Part shown: positions 19,100-28,656 of the stretch, piece after piece | Layout of the letters: every line of letters begins with the position of its first letter | Position numbering within the stretch: position 1 is the first letter of the stretch | NCBI GenBank assembly: GCA_002787635.1 | Contig: PCXK01000009.1 | Location: 5,770-69,769 of the forward strand | DNA from: Alphaproteobacteria bacterium CG11_big_fil_rev_8_21_14_0_20_39_49 | Lineage (GTDB): Bacteria; Pseudomonadota; Alphaproteobacteria; Rickettsiales; UBA6187 | DNA length: 64,000 nt | Direction of reading: 5' to 3' | Notes under the pieces: model-generated | What the model saw: the letters and a program-made list of their open reading frames with translations, nothing else | Databases searched by the model: none | Told to the model about the DNA's origin: nothing | Made by a program: the position numbers and the translations under genes

Positions 19100-22000
19100 T
19101 TATTGTAAAGGAATTCCCCATTTATCACTAAGGTAAGTTTCTACGGTATTCCTTTCTTGATTATTAAGTTTATTATCATATAGAACTATCTCACCGATAT
19201 CTCCGTAATAAATTTCAGTAAATACCGAGCCGACTTTCCAGCCTCCTATACCTCCCGGTCCCCATTGAGTTAATTTATTCTTAGTAGCAGGATTTGTACC
19301 GCCGCCTTTATAAGAACTGTTTCTATAGTATGAAATTCTATTGGCATCATATGATACTACGGAAATATTATGTATACCGACTCGGTACTGATGACCGAAC
19401 ACATACCTTGTTTTGTCTTTTCCTCTATATAGCATTAATCTGGAAGGACTAGCATCAAACGTTAGCCATACAGAGTCCTCCTCAACATCGCCGTTAGATC
19501 CTATAAGCGTCATATATTTACTAGAATCAACACCTGAATATTGATACTTGTTTTCCTTATGCATCACAAAAAGTGAGAAACCTGCGGTATAACTTTTATA
19601 TGGATAATATAAGAGATTCTGGTTAAACCTTACAGTCGGATAACCGTTTTTTCCTTGCGACTTGCTTGTATATAAAGGTCTAAGCGACGTATTACTTTGT
19701 TTAGCATGATAATTGTTACCTGATTTATCTTTCCAGCAAGCAATCCTGTCACCTCCGGGATTTGCTTTACCCGTACAATTAGTATTTTTGAAAACCGTAT
19801 TACCGTCTTGTGCGTCAAACCACATCACCATATCCGAAATAGTAACTTTGTCGTAGTCAATATTTGGAACGCATGCATTTCTCTCGTTCACCCATTGACC
19901 TGATTTATCACAATTCATAAGAGGAGATCCGTTATATCCTTCGTTACAAACACCTGTAATATTATTTGTACTAACCGGTGTCTTAGGATATCTGGCATTA
20001 TTTATAACGGCAACCTGACAATGAGTCTCAGGTACGTAATCAGGTGTGCAGGCTCCAATCTGATTTACCCAGTTACCGTCGGAATCACAATCCATCGTCG
20101 GAAAACCTGAGTATCCTTTATCGCATTTTCCGTTAACACCGGTTTTTCCACTAAAGGTCTTATCGTACGTTGCGTTATTAATAGTTTTTGTCGGACAAAA
20201 TTTTCTGCAAGAAAGCCTTTCATTTACCCATATTCCTTCAATTGAGCAATCCGCAACCGGACTACCTTCATAGCCGTTAGCGGTATCACATTGCCCCTTA
20301 ATATCATCTTCACCGGCAAATGTCTGAGGGTAAGTAGCATCATCACCCGTAGAGGCGGTACTGTTAACTGCCTTTCCTGCATTACATACTATTCTTTCAC
20401 ACGGCACGATAACATCACCCCATGTTTCATCAGCATTACATCTTCTCTGAGCCGTTCCTATAACATGATAACCTTCATTACACCTATCTGAATGTGCTAT
20501 ACTGTTTTTTGGGGTTGCAGGCCAGTAAGCATTTCCAACCAGATCATTTGTAGCATTACATATACCGCTTGTGCAATTATTACTAGCTGTCTCCCATACA
20601 CCGTTATCATTACAATATTCTGTTATCGTACCGTTAGAGCCGTTATCGCAGTAGGCTCCTTCTTTTACCCTGTATGAACCTACGGATTCACCGCCGTCAC
20701 ATGTAATTGGGGAGCAGGTATCTATTAATGTAGTCCAATAATCAGTATCCGGAGCTTGTGCGTCCATACAGATCAATGTGTGCTTTCCGACCTTGCCTCT
20801 AGGACAGCCTATATCTTTAGTATCACCGGCAGTACATGACCCGCTATAATCCGGAGTACATGTCGAACCTACCGAAGTTACTTCCCAACCACCTGAAATA
20901 GTACAAACTTCTTTTACCGTTCCTATATAATCAGATCCGCAACTTAATCCCGAATTGCCCGATACACCTATATCTTTAAAATCACATTTTGTAGGTGAGC
21001 ATGAATCGTCAGTGTTAACCCACTTGTTGTCCGTACAGGTTTGAAGTAAATACCCCTCCTGACCGAGACCACACGCCTGTGTTTTTCTAACTTCACCGTT
21101 ATTTTGGCACGGACTACTCTCCTTTACCGAGCAATCGTTGTTTTCTATCTCCCACACACCGCTTTCATTACACCTTTGAAGAATTCCTGAGCCTACCATA
21201 TTATTTATACAGCCTAAACGTCTTGTATCTCCGAATAAACCGCCATCACTACATTTTACTTCTTCACATTTGCTATCCATAACTTCCCAGCTACCGACAT
21301 TATCTTCGTTTACACGGCAAGTTTCTATTATCGAGCCTTCATATCCGTCAGGACATGTTTGTGAAGGATCGCTTTTCTGCCTTGTAAGTCCAAGTGCGTT
21401 ACAACTACCCGTTACAGGTTCCATATCTATATTCTTACTACCTCTTATAATAAAAATTAAACGGCATGAAGCCGTTTTCATAGAAACATTATATTTTCCG
21501 TCGGAATTAATACAATCCGTGCCATTGCCATCAGCTAGCACTATTCCTTTGCTAGGGTTTCCGTCATCGAGCTTTTCATCTATGGACTTTGCATCCTCAG
21601 CGGTTATTATGGCTAGCGTATTATTACTATCTAAATGATTATAACCTGCAAGCTCAATTGCTATTGCCTGTTCGGAAATATTGCCCGAAGTAATCGTGCC
21701 GGCAAGCCTTACTTTATATCCTCCACCTTCAATATTTGCGGAAGGGACACCTTTGCCCGGTGTATAAGTCGAGCTACCGTCATATCTCCCCTGAAGAAGC
21801 CCCGCAATTGCCAAATGATGCCAAAAACCGATTGCCTCAGCTTCGGTATCAATAACACCGTTACCGTTGCCGGGATTTGCATTCGGCAATGAGCTAACAT
21901 CGGCTATATCTCCCGGAAGGGCGTTATATTCTTTCTCAAATTTTTCGACGGCTGTAGAAAATTTAGATATTTGGGAAAGTACATTGTTATTTTTTGTTTT

Positions 22001-22123
22001 ATTCAGAACCGCAGAACCACCCAAAGCCATTACTACTATTGCAGAAACCGACGCTAAAACCACAGACATCTCAGTGAAACTAAAACCTCTGCTTGAACCG
22101 AATAATTTTAATCTAGATATCAT
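19100..22123 (-). CDS. Giant modular type IV pilin/pseudopilin: pilin domain, ten Sushi/CCP-like four-Cys modules and a LamG/ConA-like C-terminal domain
   Basis: Prepilin motif SRG/FSFTEMSVVLASVSAIVVMAL (Gly-1, Phe+1, Glu+5). Pilin head with a D-region-like Cys pair (C204, C220). Between aa 241 and 751 there are ten modules, each with exactly 4 Cys and one Trp placed 7 (once 9) residues before Cys4, e.g. CQVAVINNARYPKTPVSTNNITGVCNEGYNGSPLMNCDKSGQWVNERNAC. The C-terminal roughly 250 aa end in ...NQERNTVETYLSDKWGIPLQ, typical of Laminin_G_3-type domains. Confidence 0.7.
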   Translation of the reverse strand: MISRLKLFGSSRGFSFTEMSVVLASVSAIVVMALGGSAVLNKTKNNNVLSQISKFSTAVEKFEKEYNALPGDIADVSSLPNANPGNGNGVIDTEAEAIGFWHHLAIAGLLQGRYDGSSTYTPGKGVPSANIEGGGYKVRLAGTITSGNISEQAIAIELAGYNHLDSNNTLAIITAEDAKSIDEKLDDGNPSKGIVLADGNGTDCINSDGKYNVSMKTASCRLIFIIRGSKNIDMEPVTGSCNALGLTRQKSDPSQTCPDGYEGSIIETCRVNEDNVGSWEVMDSKCEEVKCSDGGLFGDTRRLGCINNMVGSGILQRCNESGVWEIENNDCSVKESSPCQNNGEVRKTQACGLGQEGYLLQTCTDNKWVNTDDSCSPTKCDFKDIGVSGNSGLSCGSDYIGTVKEVCTISGGWEVTSVGSTCTPDYSGSCTAGDTKDIGCPRGKVGKHTLICMDAQAPDTDYWTTLIDTCSPITCDGGESVGSYRVKEGAYCDNGSNGTITEYCNDNGVWETASNNCTSGICNATNDLVGNAYWPATPKNSIAHSDRCNEGYHVIGTAQRRCNADETWGDVIVPCERIVCNAGKAVNSTASTGDDATYPQTFAGEDDIKGQCDTANGYEGSPVADCSIEGIWVNERLSCRKFCPTKTINNATYDKTFSGKTGVNGKCDKGYSGFPTMDCDSDGNWVNQIGACTPDYVPETHCQVAVINNARYPKTPVSTNNITGVCNEGYNGSPLMNCDKSGQWVNERNACVPNIDYDKVTISDMVMWFDAQDGNTVFKNTNCTGKANPGGDRIACWKDKSGNNYHAKQSNTSLRPLYTSKSQGKNGYPTVRFNQNLLYYPYKSYTAGFSLFVMHKENKYQYSGVDSSKYMTLIGSNGDVEEDSVWLTFDASPSRLMLYRGKDKTRYVFGHQYRVGIHNISVVSYDANRISYYRNSSYKGGGTNPATKNKLTQWGPGGIGGWKVGSVFTEIYYGDIGEIVLYDNKLNNQERNTVETYLSDKWGIPLQ

Positions 22124-22225
22124 ACACTAACCTTTTTTAATATGATCAGGTATTTCAGAACAAAACGTTCCAAACATACACAATTGTATCACATTTAAAA
22201 CAAAATGTATAATAAAAAGTAAGGT

Positions 22226-24337
22226 TTAAGCAAATGTAGTTTCTTTAGTTTTTTCAATGTAAGAAACCTGTTTTTCAAAGCCGAACAGATAAAGCAGCAT
22301 TTCCAGTGACTTGCCTCTTTCGGTCTGCAATTTAGGGTCTGTTTCCATTATATATGCGGCATCTTTATTGGCATCTCGTAGTAAATCCATATGGGTGTAG
22401 AGGTCTGCAACCTTGAACTCCGGCAGTCCTGACTGCTTAGTACCCAGAACATCACCTCCGCCTCTTATTTTCAGGTCTTCTTCGGATAAATAGAAACCGT
22501 CATTACTTTCCCGCATTATTTTTAAGCGTTTGACCGATATCTCCCCCAGATCGTGATATAGTAAAACACAGCCGGATTGTTTATCATTCCTGCCCACCCT
22601 TCCTCTTAGCTGGTGCAATTGTGACAGACCGAACCTTTCGGCATGTTCAATGATTATTACGGTAGCATCGGGTACGTCCACCCCTACTTCTACTACGGTG
22701 GTTGCTACCAATATGTCTATATCACCCTCTTTAAAGTCCGTCATGGTTTTTTCACGCTCTTGTGCGTCCATACGTCCATGTACCATGCCTACCATACCTT
22801 TAAATATCTTGCTTAGTGCTTTAAACCGCTCTTCTACATTAGCCAGCCCCGTCATTTCCGATTCTTCTATAAGGGGGCATATCCAATATATTTTTTCACC
22901 TCTGTCTATTACACTCCAAAGCCTCTCAACTATATTATCTATTTTTGCAGCCGGAACTATGCGTGTATCTATCATTTTCCGCCCTTTAGGTTTGTCTGTA
23001 AGCCTTGAACACTCCATATCGCCATATAATGTCATGGTAAGAGTTCTTGGAATAGGAGTTGCGGTCATTAACAACACGTCAACGTTTTGTCCCTTTGCGG
23101 CTAATGACATACGCTGTGCTACACCGAATCTGTGCTGTTCATCAATAATAATAAGCCCTAAATCTTTAAATCCCACCGCATCTTGGAATAATGCATGCGT
23201 ACCGATAATTATATCTATCTTTCCGCCTTTTAGGTCGTTAATTATTTCCTCACGCTTCTTCCCTTTTGTTTTACCGATTAGCAGACGGACATTACAGTTA
23301 ATACCCTCGGTAACCTGTGTTATCCAATTCATATGCTGCAATGCCAGTATTTCGGTAGGAGCCATAACAGCCACCTGCTTTCCTGCCTCTACTGCATTTA
23401 ACGCCGCCATTAATGCCAAAACAGTTTTTCCGCTACCCACATCGCCTTGTAATAGCCTCATCATACGGCTGTCTGACTCCTGATCGTCATTTATCTCTTT
23501 GATTACCTGAAACTGCCCTGCCGTCAGTTCAAAAGGCAGGCTATCGGATAATTGTTTTCTTAAACTACCGTCCCCCCGCATTGAAACGCCACCGGTTTTA
23601 TTTACATATTTCCTAACGATAGCCAGTGCCAGTTGGTTTGCAAGCAGTTCGTCATATGCCAGCCTGCACATTATTTTTGAATCAGGAAGTATATCTTCAG
23701 GTTCGATAGGTTTATGCATGTTAATTATACAATTTGCCCAGCTATCCCATTTATTGTGCTGTAAGTAGTCGGTGCTTATCCATTCGGGCAACGGGCTTAC
23801 TCTTTTTAAGGCATCATTCATAGCCTTCATCAGCGTTTTTCTGCCTATGCCGGAAGATAGAGGGTAGACAGGCTCAACAATCCTGATTTTATCTATATCG
23901 CTTACAGGGGCTATATATTCGGGGTGAGCCATCTGTATTTCACCTGCGAATTTATCAATTTTACCGCTTATAACCCTTGCCTGCCCTACAGGCAGGAGTT
24001 TTTTAAGATAGTTTGAATATGCGTTAAAGAATACCAAAGTTACAAAACCGGTTTCATTATAGCAACGTACTTTATAAGGAGAGTTTTTATCATATGCTCT
24101 TGCCGGAGGGATATGAGCATCAACTTTTATTACTACCGTTACCACATCTCCTTCTTTCATGTCCCGAACCGAAGGCATATATCTCCTGTCTACGGCACTT
24201 TTGGGGTAGTGGTACAATATGTCGATTACCTTATCGCCGATGATACGCTTGAAGACGCTCCTTGTTTTACTACCGATACCGGCTAGATTGGAAACATCTG
24301 CAAATAACGGGAACAATATGTTCGGTCGCATAAACAA
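22226..24337 (-). CDS. recG: ATP-dependent DNA helicase RecG
   Basis: 703 aa. GDVGSGKT (Walker A), IIDEQHRFG (DEQH box) and QLHQLRGRVGR. Confidence 0.95.
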   Translation of the reverse strand: MFMRPNILFPLFADVSNLAGIGSKTRSVFKRIIGDKVIDILYHYPKSAVDRRYMPSVRDMKEGDVVTVVIKVDAHIPPARAYDKNSPYKVRCYNETGFVTLVFFNAYSNYLKKLLPVGQARVISGKIDKFAGEIQMAHPEYIAPVSDIDKIRIVEPVYPLSSGIGRKTLMKAMNDALKRVSPLPEWISTDYLQHNKWDSWANCIINMHKPIEPEDILPDSKIMCRLAYDELLANQLALAIVRKYVNKTGGVSMRGDGSLRKQLSDSLPFELTAGQFQVIKEINDDQESDSRMMRLLQGDVGSGKTVLALMAALNAVEAGKQVAVMAPTEILALQHMNWITQVTEGINCNVRLLIGKTKGKKREEIINDLKGGKIDIIIGTHALFQDAVGFKDLGLIIIDEQHRFGVAQRMSLAAKGQNVDVLLMTATPIPRTLTMTLYGDMECSRLTDKPKGRKMIDTRIVPAAKIDNIVERLWSVIDRGEKIYWICPLIEESEMTGLANVEERFKALSKIFKGMVGMVHGRMDAQEREKTMTDFKEGDIDILVATTVVEVGVDVPDATVIIIEHAERFGLSQLHQLRGRVGRNDKQSGCVLLYHDLGEISVKRLKIMRESNDGFYLSEEDLKIRGGGDVLGTKQSGLPEFKVADLYTHMDLLRDANKDAAYIMETDPKLQTERGKSLEMLLYLFGFEKQVSYIEKTKETTFA

Positions 24338-24391
24338 ATGCCTTATTTAAAAGGTTAAACACTATAGCGACCTTATATTACATTAATATTG

Positions 24392-25918
24392 TTATTGTAC
24401 AAATGTAATGTTATTTGCAGCGGAATTAGGGAAATGTAAGTCACGGTTAACAAACACTTTTATTCTGGTTCCCTGCTGAACTATTACGGTAGGTTTGTCA
24501 TTTAACAATCCCTCGGCTATACTATCGGCAATATCGCTAATATCACTAACAGACGAAAGTACCGCAGCATCTGTCGTTGTTCCCGTATTAGAAGTAGTGG
24601 TACTTCCATCGGTGTTTGTAGTTGAAGTTGAGGTCTGTTGTTGCGATTCGTTAATATCATCAACTAACAGTGAAGTTCCTATTGATAAAGTACTCAATAA
24701 TAGAGCATTAGTGATTATATCAAAATATTTGTAGTCAACAAACCCCGGAATACCTGCCCTTCCCATTTTATCGGTTCCGGGTGAATCTATCATTATATCA
24801 ATACCGTCCGGTCTTATAACCCTTGTCCACTCAATTACAACCCTTCCGGCTCCCTCATCGGGAACGGTATAATTACCTATAAGCCTTGATCCTTTAGGAA
24901 TTAATATATTTCTACCCGATTCGGCGTAAGTATCTCTACTTATTATCGCTCTTATAACGCCGTCAAGATCAGTGTTAATAGCCGTTTCTAAAACAGCATC
25001 AATCATTTTTCCCTGAGCTATCATATTATCGGTATTGCCGATCAGTGCTGCCTTGCTTTTATCGGCAGAAGTTAGCTGCATTTCAAAATCACCGTTTAAC
25101 AGTTCATCCAGTTCTTTTTGCCGTGTACTTGCGTTTCCCGCTCCGCCTCCTCCGCCTCCTACCATCAACATCGGCTGGCGTCTTTTAGCTGATTCTTTTG
25201 CAGCAATCTCTTCAGGAGTAGGACCTCCTACGTTGACCTGCACAGGTGTCCTTGCAACTCTTGAAGTAATTGATGTAGTAGCCGGAGCTACAACAGGTAC
25301 GGCAGGGACTGATGCCTTTACTTCCATGGTAGGAGGCAATATACCGCCGACACCTGTCGGTCGTTCTGTTTGTACGGTAATTTCCTTCCACCCTTCAGGA
25401 TCAAACTCTTGATCATTAGTCTGATTCTGATTGAAGGTAGGCCACTGTTCGAAAATATTTTTATCACTATCTTCGTCACTAAAACCATCACCTTTAGGCA
25501 TGTTCATTTTGCTATCATCTACCAGAGATATTTCATCTTCAAAATTGGGGAGTTCAGGTGCTTGTGCAACACCTACGTTCAACTGAATGCCATCGGAATC
25601 CTGCGTTGGTCTGACTGCATTTTTAACAGGCTGTGACTTTATGTCTTCCTGTATTTTTTTCGCTTTTATCTCTTCATCGGTTTGTTTAAATACAAGATTA
25701 TATACAAGATATAAACTACCTATTAATACGACACCAAGTAATAATATGTTCTTGCCGGGAGTTGATGCTAGTGCAGAAGCCTCTTCCTGAACTTCAATAT
25801 CATCATCTAGGTTATCAACATTTACCGTATTGATTTGCTCTTCATAATCACCCTTGCCGATATTAGAATCATAATCATCATCGTCAGGTATATTATTATT
25901 GTTGTTACCTACTAACAC
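24392..25918 (-). CDS. virB10: Type IV secretion system protein VirB10
   Basis: 508 aa. One TM segment, a Pro-rich linker, and a C-terminal VirB10/TrbI-like core (AVLETAINTDLDG..., GIPGFVDYKYF, VIVQQGTRIKVFV). Low-complexity N-terminus (NNNNN, DDDD) and a GGGGGGAG tract. Confidence 0.9.
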   Translation of the reverse strand: MLVGNNNNNIPDDDDYDSNIGKGDYEEQINTVNVDNLDDDIEVQEEASALASTPGKNILLLGVVLIGSLYLVYNLVFKQTDEEIKAKKIQEDIKSQPVKNAVRPTQDSDGIQLNVGVAQAPELPNFEDEISLVDDSKMNMPKGDGFSDEDSDKNIFEQWPTFNQNQTNDQEFDPEGWKEITVQTERPTGVGGILPPTMEVKASVPAVPVVAPATTSITSRVARTPVQVNVGGPTPEEIAAKESAKRRQPMLMVGGGGGGAGNASTRQKELDELLNGDFEMQLTSADKSKAALIGNTDNMIAQGKMIDAVLETAINTDLDGVIRAIISRDTYAESGRNILIPKGSRLIGNYTVPDEGAGRVVIEWTRVIRPDGIDIMIDSPGTDKMGRAGIPGFVDYKYFDIITNALLLSTLSIGTSLLVDDINESQQQTSTSTTNTDGSTTTSNTGTTTDAAVLSSVSDISDIADSIAEGLLNDKPTVIVQQGTRIKVFVNRDLHFPNSAANNITFVQ

Positions 25919-25921
25919 TTA

Positions 25922-26686
25922 TCACCCCTCATTATAAATATAAACAACATCGTCATTCATCCTTAACGCCAATCTATCTATTAGCTGCTTTACTACTATA
26001 TAATCTCCCTCTCTGAAATAGGTGGCTCTTTCTTCTTTTCCGTCACTTGAAACCGTAAACAACTTAGGAACTACGGCATTATTGTTACGGAACTGTAAAT
26101 ATGTACTTTGACCGTTATCAAATACCTTGACCGGAGCAAAATCCTCAGGACCCGTCAAGGTGTAATTAAAATTATATTCTTCTTTTTTTACAACCGGCTG
26201 ATACACCTCGACTGTTTCCGGCGTATATTTACCGATATCCATGTTCATATCAACAATTTGAGCCTTTGGTTTATCAAGGTCTTCCAGCGGATAGAAAAAT
26301 CGTACCACATACACAAGGTCTTCATCTAAGTTATCATCCGGATATTTAGACTGTAACTCAAACTGATAGGTTCTCTTATTTGTTATTACGGTCATGTTGG
26401 TCTGTGCATCACCCTCTATAGCCTTTATGAACAGACGGCGGTCAACCGGAGTTATTTTCCATGAATAGTTGTTACCTATTGAGATAGTTTCTATTTCTTC
26501 ATTCTTAGCGAACTCTATATTAGACTGATATCCGTACTGCACAGTAACATGAAAAACTTCGTTCTCATTATAGACAAAGGTTTTTATCCTACTATCCGTG
26601 GTGATAGGCGTTTTGCCATATGCTACCGAATTACCGTAAAAAACAGTACATACTATGATTAAAAATTTATATATATTATTTTTCAT
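25922..26686 (-). CDS. virB9: Type IV secretion system protein VirB9
   Basis: 254 aa with a signal peptide. VYNENEVFHVTVQYGYQSNIEF...WKITPVDRRLFIKA...TNMTVITNKRTYQFEL is VirB9/TrbG-like. Confidence 0.9.
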   Translation of the reverse strand: MKNNIYKFLIIVCTVFYGNSVAYGKTPITTDSRIKTFVYNENEVFHVTVQYGYQSNIEFAKNEEIETISIGNNYSWKITPVDRRLFIKAIEGDAQTNMTVITNKRTYQFELQSKYPDDNLDEDLVYVVRFFYPLEDLDKPKAQIVDMNMDIGKYTPETVEVYQPVVKKEEYNFNYTLTGPEDFAPVKVFDNGQSTYLQFRNNNAVVPKLFTVSSDGKEERATYFREGDYIVVKQLIDRLALRMNDDVVYIYNEG

Positions 26687-26739
26687 TCTTTTTTTACCTT
26701 CACACTAAGTTATATATAATTTATAAAATCATCTCTTAA

Positions 26740-27510
26740 TTATTGACCGACCGCAGGTTCACTCGGAACAGTACTCAAAACATCCTCGGTCTCATAATAA
26801 GTATCAGGGTTTACGGCATATCTTGTTACCTGAAATCCTAACGGATTGATACTTAGTTCCGCTAATGTATTTTCAAGATCCTCAAATTGAAAATCTATTA
26901 TTGCACTATATCTTCTCGTTAAGGTCTTGCCCCTTGATACTGTGGTTGTTGCCTTAAAATTAACAAGATAAGTCATAACCACGTTTTTATCTTTACCTTT
27001 TTGGAGATTCAAATTCGACCTGTCATTGATTGATAATACTTCAATATCCCTTCTTGAGCCACGCGACCTTATCGATGATTGTATATCGTCTATCTCTCCG
27101 GATCTCAATTTTTCCCTAAAAGAGGTATAAGACGCTTGGTTCGATAAAAGCCTTACCTTTTTATAGTAATCATCTTTATATGTGGATGGGTTATAACCTT
27201 CTCTTGCCTGCACATATTGGAACAGGAAGTAACGCTTCAGAGCCTCTTCCTGACTGATTCTTTCACGCAGGAAAGGTCTTATAACGTTAGTTATGCCGGT
27301 TTTTTCCTCAATCTCAATAACAAAAGGTTCTATTTTCTTGCTTGAGGTAACCTCAATGATACCGAGGGTAGATATAATAATCCCTACAGTTGATATCAAT
27401 ATTAAAATGACCAGAAAGTTTCTTTGCACGACAACAGTTTGATACCTGTCCTCATACCAGTTTTTACTCGCTGCAATTGATTCGTCTTTTTTATTTTTTT
27501 TAAAAAACAT
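26740..27510 (-). CDS. virB8: Type IV secretion system protein VirB8
   Basis: 256 aa. N-terminal WYEDRYQTVVVQRN followed by a single TM and a periplasmic domain. Position is upstream of virB9. Confidence 0.85.
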   Translation of the reverse strand: MFFKKNKKDESIAASKNWYEDRYQTVVVQRNFLVILILISTVGIIISTLGIIEVTSSKKIEPFVIEIEEKTGITNVIRPFLRERISQEEALKRYFLFQYVQAREGYNPSTYKDDYYKKVRLLSNQASYTSFREKLRSGEIDDIQSSIRSRGSRRDIEVLSINDRSNLNLQKGKDKNVVMTYLVNFKATTTVSRGKTLTRRYSAIIDFQFEDLENTLAELSINPLGFQVTRYAVNPDTYYETEDVLSTVPSEPAVGQ

Positions 27511-27688
27511 TAAGATTTACCTTTCTTAATATAAATGTGAGTTGTTAAAACACCCTTATGTTACAATATTTATTTCGCTCTAGCAATAAAAACAGATTTA
27601 CCTTTTTAAAGCGGGCTTTAAATCTTTATGCTAAGAAAATATATAATACCCACAATACACACAATAAACAAACTTTATTAACATATTA

Positions 27689-28243
27689 TTAAATTATACA
27701 AGTTTTCGCTTCAATATCAGTATATTTTTTATATTTCTCATGAAAAGGCAGTTGATAGTGCCACCACTCGTTAGGATTATGCTTCCAGCCTGAGGCGATC
27801 ATTATCCCCATTAACATATATCTGTTTTTTTGTGCTTCAATGCTAACTTCCTGATTTCCATGATGTGACAGCGGAGTAAATGCGTCAAATTCGGTTCCCA
27901 TATCAAGCTCTTTTAAATTAGCATCGACAAGCGTCATATCAACCGCAATGCCTCTACAATGCGGGGTAACACCGTTTTGTGGATCGGAAACAAATTCAGG
28001 GTCAGGGAATTTATTCCATAATGCCCATTGGGCTTCAAGCGGTCTAAATGCATCGAATATTTTTATTTTATAGCCTATTTTATTTGCAAATTCGGAGGCT
28101 TTTTTCAAAGCTGCCGCCGCATCTGTGTGCAAAAAACAGTAACCGTTCTTATATATGGATTTTCCGGTAACGTTCCTGTCGGTAGCATATACTATGTCCG
28201 TTTGAACATTATATTCTTCAGGTTTTATTTCTATCAGTTCCAT
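27689..28243 (-). CDS. ddpX: D-alanyl-D-alanine dipeptidase (VanX/DdpX family, peptidase M15D)
   Basis: 184 aa. IFDAFRPLEAQ, HCRGIAVDMTL and EWWHYQL match the VanX-type zinc-dipeptidase motifs. Confidence 0.75.
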   Translation of the reverse strand: MELIEIKPEEYNVQTDIVYATDRNVTGKSIYKNGYCFLHTDAAAALKKASEFANKIGYKIKIFDAFRPLEAQWALWNKFPDPEFVSDPQNGVTPHCRGIAVDMTLVDANLKELDMGTEFDAFTPLSHHGNQEVSIEAQKNRYMLMGIMIASGWKHNPNEWWHYQLPFHEKYKKYTDIEAKTCII

Positions 28244-28569
28244 TATTTTATCTCGTTTATTTTAGCCGCAATAATAAAGTCATTTTCATGCAGACCGCCT
28301 ATGGAGTGGCTTTGCAAGGTTATGTTGCAATATCCCCAGCCCATTTTAATATCGGGGTGATGGTTTTGTTCTTCTGCTATTTTTCCGACTTTATTGACAA
28401 ATTCCAATGCCTGTTCAAAATTCCTGAATTTGATATCTTTTACAATTAAATTAAACTCGGCATTAGTCTGCCAGCCGTCGATTTCACTCAAAAGATTCTT
28501 TACTTCATTTTGAGATAACGGCTTAACTCCCCCTTTGCAAGGAACACATTTTTTGGTTGAAAACCCCAT
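28243..28569 (-). CDS. phhB: Pterin-4a-carbinolamine dehydratase
   Basis: 108 aa. AEEQNHHPDI motif. Its stop overlaps the ddpX-like start by 1 nt. Confidence 0.85.
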   Translation of the reverse strand: MGFSTKKCVPCKGGVKPLSQNEVKNLLSEIDGWQTNAEFNLIVKDIKFRNFEQALEFVNKVGKIAEEQNHHPDIKMGWGYCNITLQSHSIGGLHENDFIIAAKINEIK

Positions 28570-28656
28570 GGAAAATACTCTGATTGAAATTAATGATACG
28601 TTACTATATAAAAACTATACGATTTTCCAATTTTTATTTTTTGTTCTTTATACAAT

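Noticed and set aside
22650-23483. 277-aa plus-strand ORF inside recG. Similar long antisense ORFs occur at 15496-16020 (flhA), 32807-33394 (clpA), 39274-39831 (dxr), 39945-40556 (cdsA), 43017-43604 (pilin), 48069-48596 (permease-like) and 59078-59710 (rho)
   Set aside because: Each is antisense to a gene with unmistakable conserved motifs. Their translations are low-complexity (Ser/Ile/Thr/Pro-rich) with no motifs. They are shadow ORFs.
24392-27510. virB8-B10 as part of a conjugative plasmid or ICE
   Set aside because: There is no relaxase, oriT-like region, integrase or partition gene. The flanks are chromosomal housekeeping genes (recG, tsaB, clpA, dxr). An effector-translocating chromosomal T4SS is more likely.
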